From assembly GCA_050248275.1 (NCBI GenBank), contig JBFWSR010000001.1:334979-398978 (forward strand): a stretch of 64,000 nucleotides of DNA, read 5' to 3'. Shown here piece by piece: positions 39,306 to 46,933 of this stretch. This stretch comes from Steroidobacteraceae bacterium (GTDB taxonomy: Bacteria > Pseudomonadota > Gammaproteobacteria > Steroidobacterales > Steroidobacteraceae). Within the stretch, counting starts at the first letter, position 1. Each line of letters opens with the position of its first letter. The position numbers and the translations under genes were made by a program. The notes beneath the pieces were generated by a model that made no database searches, was not told the DNA's origin, and saw nothing but the letters and a program-made list of their open reading frames with translations.

Positions 39306-39545
39306 CTGTAGTGCTTGTCATATCAGGCTTAGGCCGGGCTGCCCGGGTTTGTGCACTCAGTGCGAAACCCTGCGCTAACCCTGATCTATTGCCTGGAGCG
39401 CATTCTGTTGAAATCCGTATGTGACGTTGTGATGCAGTCGACAAAAGTGGTTGATCGCACTCAAGTCCGGAATAAATCTGCCGGGGCCTTCACCTTTTGC
39501 AGAGCGGGCACGATCAATGACATCCTGTAACCAGCGCCGGCCCTG

Positions 39546-40844
39546 TCATGCAGGACCGCGATGAATCGCCGCCGTCTCTATGCACAGCGCGCTGAAAGCA
39601 GGCGATATCACCGGTTCCAGCAGATCGCGGCGCTCGTTCAGTGGCAGCTGTTCCCAACGCACCTTGCCATTCAGCACTGCGCGCAATTCGGTCTCGCTGT
39701 ATTCCGTCACCGTACCAGTGCCGGCCTGATGGCTGTTGCTGAGCAGGCGGGTGGTCTCGTTCTGCAGCAGTTCGATGGCCGCCTGGCATACGCCGGTATT
39801 GCGCGGTAACTGACCATGCACTTCGTTTACAAACCAATGCTGCGCACCGTCCCAGGCGGCGAGCGCTGCAGGCACGGTGCCATCGCCGGTCCGGGCGAAC
39901 TGGAATATGAATTCATTGTTCTGGCGGCGCAGCCCGCACACGGTGCTTTGCTCGATGCCGGTAATGACATGGCAGCGTCGATCGGCAGCGGCGAGATGCC
40001 TGGGCAATCGCCGGCCATCTCTGAGACGCTGCGCCGAAGGCGTCAATGCATCCTGCGGCCATTGCCGTACATCAAACAAATCCAGTCCCGGCGTATGCCG
40101 CTTCGCCGGCAGCATTTCGTAAAAGCTGTAATAGCTGCGGAATACCTGCTGCGTCAGCGTGTCGGCCGAGTTGATCTGATCCACGGCGCCCAGTTTGCGC
40201 ACGGTGGGATAACAGCTGCGCAGCGCCTGCACCAGTGCGAAAGTGCCTTGATTGGGTGTGCCCATTTGAATGAGGCGCGTCACCTTGGCGCCGCCTGCGT
40301 GTTTGAGGGCAGCGCGCGCCACCAGTCCACCCATGCTGTGCGCGACCAGCATCACTTCTTCCGCCGGATCGTGCAGCAGTTCGTCAGCCAGCAGTCTGCC
40401 CAGATCCTGCACACTGCGGCGCCAGTCATAGGCGAATGGCCTGACGCGGAATCCGGCCACCTGCAGACTGAGCTTCAGTTTCAGATAGCCGGGCAACATC
40501 AAACCCAGCGGGCGCACCGAGCGTCGCTTGCCGATGGCCAGTTGTGTCAACTTGCCGGCAAGCAGCGTCAGCGGGTCCAGCCACAGCAGGTCCGTGCCTT
40601 TGGCCGTGGTCACACCCAGGCGGGAGCCGAGCAGGCCGGGCAACAGGTAAACCGGCGGCGCATGTTTGTCGGCGGGTTTGGCCAGCGCCTGATGCGCCAG
40701 CGCACGCAATTCGGCGAAAGCGTCCGCGCCGAAATAGGCTTGCAATACCGGTATGTGTTGATCGTGTGCCAGCGCGTGCGTGACGGTGACTTCGTCCAGA
40801 TGATTGGGATTGAAAGCGGTGTTGTGCGCGGCGCTGGACGTCAT
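39546..40844 (-). CDS. Alpha/beta hydrolase of the LCAT/lipase family
   Basis: Has the PFAYDWRRS motif and the nucleophile elbow VAHSMGG, then MGTPNQG. No obvious signal peptide. There is a C-terminal extension of about 100 aa of unknown function. Confidence 0.75.
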   Translation of the reverse strand: MTSSAAHNTAFNPNHLDEVTVTHALAHDQHIPVLQAYFGADAFAELRALAHQALAKPADKHAPPVYLLPGLLGSRLGVTTAKGTDLLWLDPLTLLAGKLTQLAIGKRRSVRPLGLMLPGYLKLKLSLQVAGFRVRPFAYDWRRSVQDLGRLLADELLHDPAEEVMLVAHSMGGLVARAALKHAGGAKVTRLIQMGTPNQGTFALVQALRSCYPTVRKLGAVDQINSADTLTQQVFRSYYSFYEMLPAKRHTPGLDLFDVRQWPQDALTPSAQRLRDGRRLPRHLAAADRRCHVITGIEQSTVCGLRRQNNEFIFQFARTGDGTVPAALAAWDGAQHWFVNEVHGQLPRNTGVCQAAIELLQNETTRLLSNSHQAGTGTVTEYSETELRAVLNGKVRWEQLPLNERRDLLEPVISPAFSALCIETAAIHRGPA

Positions 40845-40968
40845 GGAGCCATTCCTGGATATCGTCGCGACTATATAGGGTCACTGCCGGGGTGGCGACA
40901 AGTTGTTGCCGCTGTCCACATGCTTGAACCTACAATACCGCCCACAAGATCACATTCCAGAATCGGTG

Positions 40969-41343
40969 ATGCGTTTGAAGCCACGTTTTGATTGTTCCAA
41001 GTGTCCCGGCTACTGCTGCAGCCATCCGCGCATTGAAGTGACCGATGCCGACGTCCAGCGTCTGGCCGGACACTTCGGTCTGAGCGAAGCCGCCGCACGC
41101 AAGAAGTTTGCCTATCACTACAAAACCAAAGAAGCCGATGAATGGATCCTGCGGCATCGCAAGGATCACGTGTACAAAAGCATGTGCATGTTCTTCGACC
41201 AGGATGAGCGGCGTTGCACGATCTACGCAGCACGGCCCGCCGTGTGCCGCAAGTATCCTTATGGCAATAAATGCGGTTACTACGAATTCCTGAAGTTCGA
41301 GCGCGCGCATCAGGATGACGAGGAATTCGTGCCTTCGGCATGA
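40969..41343 (+). CDS. YkgJ-family cysteine-cluster (putative Fe-S/zinc) protein
   Basis: Has [11 protein letters not shown] near the N-terminus and a second Cys group ([25 protein letters not shown]). The start is taken at MRLKPRF inside ORF 40903..41343. Confidence 0.72.
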   Translation: MRLKPRFDCSKCPGYCCSHPRIEVTDADVQRLAGHFGLSEAAARKKFAYHYKTKEADEWILRHRKDHVYKSMCMFFDQDERRCTIYAARPAVCRKYPYGNKCGYYEFLKFERAHQDDEEFVPSA

Positions 41344-41674
41344 GCCTTCACACGATTGGCTCGACATCACGCGCTGTTTGCAGCTGTGTCCACGCACTCG
41401 GTTACCACGTATTCGTCGAGTCCGCATCCTGTTTAAGCTGGCGCAACGAAATGATCGGGTACGTGACCATGGTGAGGCACGGCAATTTGCCGATACCCTG
41501 CCAGTTTTGACGGGTTACGTCACATTGCTAATGATTCCATGAGCTGTAAATCAATGTTTGGTCGGCGAGCCCAGTGGGGCCGTGCTGTCTAAAAATGGTA
41601 TTACTGGCATGTTCGCTTGCCAGCCTGCAATCAAGCAGGCATGGGGAGGCTGATATCGGAGGGAGCAGAGTTAT

Positions 41675-42430
41675 TTGCCGATAATTAAAGGCAGGGCCGC
41701 TATGAACCTGGGGATACAAGAGATTGATATTTCAAGCACAGTAACGCGCCTCAGGTGTTTGAGCCTGAGGCTGCCTGAACGCTCGCAACATCTTGGTGCG
41801 CCAGTCAATTTCTCACGTCTGATGGACCTTTCCGTTGAGCGGATTGAAAACATGGCGCATAGCCATGAACCGGATCAGCAGCTGGTAGCGTCCCGAATTT
41901 TTGAAAATGCCAGTAGTTATTGTCGCTGGGAAAGCGAACACTCCCTGATCATGCGGCGCGTCGCTCAGCAACGTCGTTCACACATGCAATCTTATGAGCT
42001 GCTTGCAGCAACCTTCGCATTGATTCATCGTAAAAGTCTGTTTGCCCATTTGCGCCAGCATCAAGTATATGGCCAGCGTCGTGAACAACTAATGCGGCAT
42101 TTCTTTGCATGCCATAGTTACGCACGCGGAATGATTGCCGAGCATGGAATTTTTCTGCGCAGTTCTGCCAGTCTGGTCTGTTCCAGTTATCTGGGCATCA
42201 ATCTGCTGCATGATGCCGTTTTTCAGGAACCACTCCAGGAGTACGAGCAGTTGTATGCCGCTTACTTCGATGCTCATTGCGAAGTGCTGCTGGCCCCAGT
42301 AGAGGAAGAGGTCGATTCGTCGCATATGGCCCAATCGCTGGTCTATTCTCTCAAGTGCGATCTCGGCATATTGCGCCGGACTATCTTCGGGTTGGCCAGC
42401 AAACTTCCAGCATTTGACGCCAGACACTGA
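41675..42430 (+). CDS. Hypothetical protein (orphan, lower GC than surroundings)
   Basis: An uninterrupted 251-codon ORF in a region that is visibly AT-richer. No family is recognised. A perfect 8-bp hairpin at about 41743-41766 sits inside the 5' part, so the real start may be Met 41822 or 41852. Confidence 0.45.
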   Translation: MPIIKGRAAMNLGIQEIDISSTVTRLRCLSLRLPERSQHLGAPVNFSRLMDLSVERIENMAHSHEPDQQLVASRIFENASSYCRWESEHSLIMRRVAQQRRSHMQSYELLAATFALIHRKSLFAHLRQHQVYGQRREQLMRHFFACHSYARGMIAEHGIFLRSSASLVCSSYLGINLLHDAVFQEPLQEYEQLYAAYFDAHCEVLLAPVEEEVDSSHMAQSLVYSLKCDLGILRRTIFGLASKLPAFDARH

Positions 42431-42456
42431 GTGGCTGGCTACAAAGAGCCAGCTGT

Positions 42457-42990
42457 TCAATCATCGATAATGCTCTCACCCGGAAACAGCGGCTCGATGA
42501 ACCCGAACTGCCGCATATCGCGGATGCGCATGGGGTAGAGAATGCCCAGCAGATGATCCACTTCATGCTGCACCACGCGCGCATGAAAGCTGCTGACGCT
42601 GCGGTCGATGGCGCCGCCAAACTGGTCGTGGCCCTGATACCGCAGCCGGGTATAACGCGGCACCATGCCGCGCATGCCGGGCACCGACAGGCAGCCTTCC
42701 CAGCCATCCTCTTCCTCGTCGCCCAGGGGCGTGAGGCTGGGATTGATCAATACCGTGAAAGGAATTTCTTCCGCATCGGGATAGCGCGGGCTCTTGAAGC
42801 CGCCAAAGATCACTACCTGCTGCGACACGCCGATCTGCGGCGCAGCAATCCCGGCGCCATTGTGCGCCTTCATGGTGTCCAGCATGTCGGCGATCAAGGC
42901 ATGCAGCTCCGGGGTGTCGAACTGCACCACCGGCGCTGCAAGTTGCAATAACAGCGAATCACCCATTTTCAGTACGGCACGCACGGCCAT
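42457..42990 (-). CDS. def: Peptide deformylase
   Basis: Has motifs [16 protein letters not shown] and HEVDHL. The start is taken at [11 protein letters not shown]. Confidence 0.92.
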   Translation of the reverse strand: MAVRAVLKMGDSLLLQLAAPVVQFDTPELHALIADMLDTMKAHNGAGIAAPQIGVSQQVVIFGGFKSPRYPDAEEIPFTVLINPSLTPLGDEEEDGWEGCLSVPGMRGMVPRYTRLRYQGHDQFGGAIDRSVSSFHARVVQHEVDHLLGILYPMRIRDMRQFGFIEPLFPGESIIDD

Positions 42991-43095
42991 GACATTACCC
43001 GGCTGGTCGATAGAGATGCCACATTCTGGCACTCCTTCCCTTGAACGTCAGCGGCACATCCATAAAATGCTCTCAATTCATATCGAGGTGCAGTC

Positions 43096-43353
43096 ATGCC
43101 AACTTACGAATATCTCTGCGAAACCAACGGCCGCGTGGTCGAAGTCAGTCACAAGATGGCCGAGAAGGTGAAAAACTGGGGCGAGCTGTGCCAGCGCGCC
43201 GAAATTTCTCCCGGCAAGACCGACCCCAGGACGCCGGTGAAAAAACTGATGTCGGCAGGTTTTGTGAAAACCGCCAGCAGTAGTGAACCGGCCTGCGAAA
43301 TGCCTGCCTGCGGTGCGGGTGGTTGCGGCAGCAGCATGTGCGGCTTCCAGTAG
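43096..43353 (+). CDS. FmdB-family zinc-ribbon protein
   Basis: Has the MPTYEYLCE N-terminus typical of the family and a Cys-rich C-terminus (CEMPACGAGGCGSSMCG). Confidence 0.7.
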   Translation: MPTYEYLCETNGRVVEVSHKMAEKVKNWGELCQRAEISPGKTDPRTPVKKLMSAGFVKTASSSEPACEMPACGAGGCGSSMCGFQ

Positions 43354-43359
43354 TCTGCC

Positions 43360-43974
43360 TTGGATAGTTCACCGCATCTGCACATCATCGTGCTGGCTGC
43401 CGGCGCTTCCACGCGCCTGGGTCAGCCCAAACAACTGGTGTCCATTGCCGGCCGTCCTGCCCTGCAGCATGTGGTGAGCAACGCCGTTGCGGTTGCCGGT
43501 TCGGCCGTCAGCGTGGTGCTGGGTGCGCAGGCCGCGGACCTGACGCGCCTGCTGCAACATTCCTCGGCAACAGTGCTGATCAACCGTCAATGGGAAGAAG
43601 GCATGGCCGCGTCGATACGTTGCGGCGTGAATTCGCTGTCACCTGGTTGTGATGCCGTGATGCTGTTGCTGGGCGATCAGGTGGCGGTGTCCGCCTCCGA
43701 TCTCAAGCGGCTGGTATCAGCCTGGAACGGTCAGGATTCGGTGATTGTTGCCAGCGTCTATTCAGGCCAACTGGGCGTACCCGCCATTTTTCCGCGCTGG
43801 TGTTTCAGCGAGTTATTGCAGTTGCGCGGCGATCAAGGCGCCAAGGCCGTCATCAATCGGCATGCCAGCCGTCTGGTGCACGTACCCATGCCCAACGCTG
43901 CACTGGACCTCGACACGCTGGAAGATGTGGCTGCCATGCAGGAACACTTCAGGCCCAGGGATCTAACGCCATAG
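43360..43974 (+). CDS. MobA/MocA-like nucleotidyltransferase (molybdenum cofactor cytidylyltransferase-like)
   Basis: IIVLAAGASTRLGQPKQL is an NTP_transf_3 glycine-rich N-terminal motif. TTG start. The stop TAG lies inside the terminal repeat of the adjacent palindromic element. Confidence 0.78.
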   Translation: MDSSPHLHIIVLAAGASTRLGQPKQLVSIAGRPALQHVVSNAVAVAGSAVSVVLGAQAADLTRLLQHSSATVLINRQWEEGMAASIRCGVNSLSPGCDAVMLLLGDQVAVSASDLKRLVSAWNGQDSVIVASVYSGQLGVPAIFPRWCFSELLQLRGDQGAKAVINRHASRLVHVPMPNAALDLDTLEDVAAMQEHFRPRDLTP

Positions 43975-44049
43975 GCTGGAATGAAATCCCGGCATCTTGA
44001 TCCTTGCGTTTGAAATGCCGGGTTTCCGCAAAGCCTGCGACCCAGCCTA
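43972..44049. repeat. REP/MITE-like palindromic element with TAGGCTGG termini (copy 1)
   Basis: TAGGCTGG...CCAGCCTA termini enclose the hairpin GAAATCCCGGCAT/ATGCCGGGTTTC. The termini are the same as in the element at 50398..50458. Confidence 0.6.
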
Positions 44050-44724
44050 CTCGCGAACCGTGCGTAAATAGTCCGCCAGTCTTCGCCCGGCCATATCGGC
44101 ATACTGTTCATCACATACAAGCAGCTGCTGGATTCGATCCAGCCGAAAATTGCGAAAGTCGTTGCGTAATTCGCACCAGGCACCCACCGTCCAGCGATTG
44201 CCCCAATAAAACAGACCCAGCGGTTGAATGCGCCGCTGCGATGCTTTGGCATCCACATCTTCGTACAGCAATTCGGCAATGCGACGTTCATTGATAGCGA
44301 TGCGCAGGCTGTCCATGTGCTGGCTGGTGTGGGCGTCAATGAAAAACTGCGGTGCATGGATCGGACTGGACTCCAGCGTGCGACGCTTGTCCGGCGGCAA
44401 TGCGGCAGCAATTTTCACCAGTGCCGAGCGAGCACCGGCAGCCAGGCTATTGCCACCCCACGCTTCGATGAGCCGAGCGCCAGCAACCAGGGCATCGACT
44501 TCGTTGTGAGTGAACATCAGGGGCGGCAATTCAAAGTTCGGATGCAGGCGATAACCCACGCCCGCTTCGCCATCAATGGGCACGCCGGAAGCGAGCAGGT
44601 CGGCGATGTCGCGATAAATGGTGCGGTCGGAGACTTCCAGCCATGCCGATAACTGCGCCGCCGTAGTCAACCGCCGGCCACGCAGGTAATGCACGATTTC
44701 AAACAAGCGGTCGGCGCGGCGCAT
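44047..44724 (-). CDS. YafY-family transcriptional regulator (HTH + WYL)
   Basis: MRRADRLFEIVHYLRGRRLTTAAQLSAWLEVSDRTIYRDIADL is the typical HTH_11 N-terminus. The C-terminal part is WYL-like. Confidence 0.85.
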   Translation of the reverse strand: MRRADRLFEIVHYLRGRRLTTAAQLSAWLEVSDRTIYRDIADLLASGVPIDGEAGVGYRLHPNFELPPLMFTHNEVDALVAGARLIEAWGGNSLAAGARSALVKIAAALPPDKRRTLESSPIHAPQFFIDAHTSQHMDSLRIAINERRIAELLYEDVDAKASQRRIQPLGLFYWGNRWTVGAWCELRNDFRNFRLDRIQQLLVCDEQYADMAGRRLADYLRTVRE

Positions 44725-44730
44725 GGGAAA

Positions 44731-45366
44731 TTACCGGTCAGACTGTCTGACTATTTTACGCATCGTTGTTCTTGCCGGTTTCACAAACGTTCCCTGCGCC
44801 TGCCTATGCTTGCGTATCTGAGTGAAGCCCCACCACGGCAGCGCTTCCCCTGTTCTGGCCTGATGAATCGCCGCCGCATAGGTATCCCAGACACAGGGAT
44901 CATGGCGTGTATGGGTCAAGGTCTGGATGCGTGCATACAGTTCATCGGCATCGCAGCGCGCCAACTGTTCGACACTGCCGATGTCCAGCAAGTCAAAATC
45001 CGCACGCATCGCCCTGCCGATGTTGCGCAGCTGCGAAAGCTCATCCGTTTTCTTTGCGGGTTTGACAATACCCGCCGGATTTGCGCGTTCGCAATCTTCC
45101 ACGGCCAGCATCAATTCCAGCTTGCGTTCGCGCTGCACCGTTTTCCAGTCGCAATCTTCCAGCATGCCCACCAGCGCATAAAGCAGATTCAATGAAGCGC
45201 CACTCCGTTCACGCTTCACCGCAACATATGCCGCCACCGCGCCGCGCTTGCGCAGTTCAGCGAGCGTGGTGATGCCCACACTCGCCAGCATGGCTGCCGA
45301 CTTGGGGCCGAGGTTTCGCAGCTCGGCCAATTCCAGGTCTTGCGATGGTTGATCAGTTCGCGGCAT
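44731..45366 (-). CDS. TfoX C-terminal domain / Cdd1-like helix-hairpin-helix fusion protein
   Basis: LRNLGPKSAAMLASVGITTLAELRKRGAVAAY is TfoX_C-like. It is followed by LRNIGRAMRADFDLLDIGSVEQLARCDADELY, a Cdd1-like HhH. The start is taken at MPRTDQP. Confidence 0.7.
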   Translation of the reverse strand: MPRTDQPSQDLELAELRNLGPKSAAMLASVGITTLAELRKRGAVAAYVAVKRERSGASLNLLYALVGMLEDCDWKTVQRERKLELMLAVEDCERANPAGIVKPAKKTDELSQLRNIGRAMRADFDLLDIGSVEQLARCDADELYARIQTLTHTRHDPCVWDTYAAAIHQARTGEALPWWGFTQIRKHRQAQGTFVKPARTTMRKIVRQSDR

Positions 45367-45727
45367 GCAGTCCCACACGATTGCCTTCGGTGTCGATGAC
45401 GTGAGCATAGCAGCCCATGTCGCCGGGCAGTTCAGTGCGGCCCAGAGCAATCCGGCCACCGGCCTGTGTGACCCGTGTCAGCGCGCTATCAAGACCATCG
45501 GCAACCGGCAAATAAACCACAGCTCCTTGTGCGCCCGGTTGCAATGCCTTGTAAGACATCAAACAACCGCCCACCCCGGGCTGCTGATAGGGAAATACCA
45601 TCAGCTCATGCGGCCCGAAAGTCTGTTTCTCAAGTTCTTTGCCCAGCACCCGGGTATAGAAGCGGCTGGCGCGTGTCATGTCGGTGACGGGAATTTCAAA
45701 CCAGGTAAGGGCGTTGTCGGTCTTCAT
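45353..45727 (-). CDS. VOC (glyoxalase/bleomycin-resistance fold) family protein
   Basis: 124 aa starting MKTDNALTWFEIPVTDMTRASRFY. The rest of the listed 271-aa ORF upstream has no coding-like features. Confidence 0.8.
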   Translation of the reverse strand: MKTDNALTWFEIPVTDMTRASRFYTRVLGKELEKQTFGPHELMVFPYQQPGVGGCLMSYKALQPGAQGAVVYLPVADGLDSALTRVTQAGGRIALGRTELPGDMGCYAHVIDTEGNRVGLHAAN

Positions 45728-46026
45728 GCGATGGCTCCTGTGATTGATCAATGGCTGGAGCACATCATGCGGTCTGCCTCCTGACAGCGTTGTGTCAGGA
45801 GGGTTTGAAACAGGTCTTGGCAATGGGCAGGACGGGTCGCAGGTTGGCGCTGAACGAAGTGAAGCCCAGCTTGTTTTTCGGTTGTTTGCGCCAATGCAAA
45901 TCCACGATAGACTGAAAATCCAAGTCTCGACCAACATAACATTGCGCGCCTGCAAACGATACCGACAACGGCAGCCGCACAATCTTCTGGATTCCATGCC
46001 TGACCAGCGCAACAAGCGGGTTACAC

Positions 46027-46845
46027 ATGAACGCTGATATTGATCTCGATGGATATTTTCGGCGCATCGGCCATACCTCGTCCGTCGCTGCCAATCTGAC
46101 GACACTACAGGATATCGTTGTGCGACACGCCGCGATGATCCCCTTTGAAAATATGGACCCGCTGACACAGCTGCCCATCGCGCTTGATCTCGCTTCGCTC
46201 GAACGAAAATTGATACACCAGCGACGCGGCGGATACTGTTTCGAGCACAATCTGCTGCTGCGTAATGTGTTGCTGCAAATGGGCTTTAGCGTCAACGGTC
46301 TTCTGGCGCGGGTGTGCTGGGAAGTACCGGCAACGAGCACTCGAATACGCGGTCACATGTTGCTGCGCGTGGAGATCGACAACTCACCATATATCATAGA
46401 CGTCGGCTTTGGCGGCCTCACCCTGACCGGAGTGTTGAGACTGGAACCGGATACGATTCAGACAACACCGCATGAAGCATTCCGATTGATCCGCATCCAA
46501 AACCACTTTTTAATGCAGGCGGATATTCGTGGTGAATGGCGACCCGTCTACCAATTCGACCTGCAAGAACAGCACCCCATCGACTATGAACCGATCAACT
46601 GGTATCTATCGACTTGTCCTCAATCTATTTTTACTCAGCATCTAATGGCAGCGCGGGCGCTGCCAGACCGGCGCTATACGCTACGTAACAATCAACTGAC
46701 CACGCACTATCTTGCCGGCGCCAGCGAAAGCGAGATGCTGCGCGACGCCGACCAATTGCGTGATGCACTCGAAAATAGATTCGGGCTCGCCGTGCCGCAG
46801 ACTGCAGCCATCGACGCGGCTCTCACCCGGGCCAGTGCCTTCTGA
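46027..46845 (+). CDS. Arylamine N-acetyltransferase
   Basis: Has the RGGYCFEHN catalytic-Cys motif plus downstream His and Asp context. 272 aa is typical for NAT. Confidence 0.88.
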   Translation: MNADIDLDGYFRRIGHTSSVAANLTTLQDIVVRHAAMIPFENMDPLTQLPIALDLASLERKLIHQRRGGYCFEHNLLLRNVLLQMGFSVNGLLARVCWEVPATSTRIRGHMLLRVEIDNSPYIIDVGFGGLTLTGVLRLEPDTIQTTPHEAFRLIRIQNHFLMQADIRGEWRPVYQFDLQEQHPIDYEPINWYLSTCPQSIFTQHLMAARALPDRRYTLRNNQLTTHYLAGASESEMLRDADQLRDALENRFGLAVPQTAAIDAALTRASAF

Positions 46846-46933
46846 ACCCGGGTGTTGTGCTGGTCACAAGTGCCGATTGCAAAACTTGACCATGACAGGA
46901 TTGATCTGGTCTGGGCAACCAAAATAACGATAT

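Noticed and set aside
39306-39480. c-di-GMP (GEMM-I) or cobalamin riboswitch in the structured intergenic region
   Set aside because: A CCGGCCTAA string recalled GEMM-I, but the conserved ACGCAAAGC and GGGCAAACC cores are absent, as is a B12 box. It is also on the 3' side of a gene rather than directly in a leader.
39816-40991. 391-aa plus-strand ORF opposite the LCAT-like hydrolase
   Set aside because: It has no recognisable motifs and a Gln/Arg/Ala-rich composition. The minus-strand frame has YDWR and GxSxG lipase motifs.
45728-46168. Upstream 147 codons of the 271-aa ORF containing the VOC gene
   Set aside because: The sequence is Arg/Cys/Trp-rich with no domain signal. The VOC-fold protein is complete from Met 45727. 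The region is better explained as the divergent promoter region shared with the N-acetyltransferase gene.
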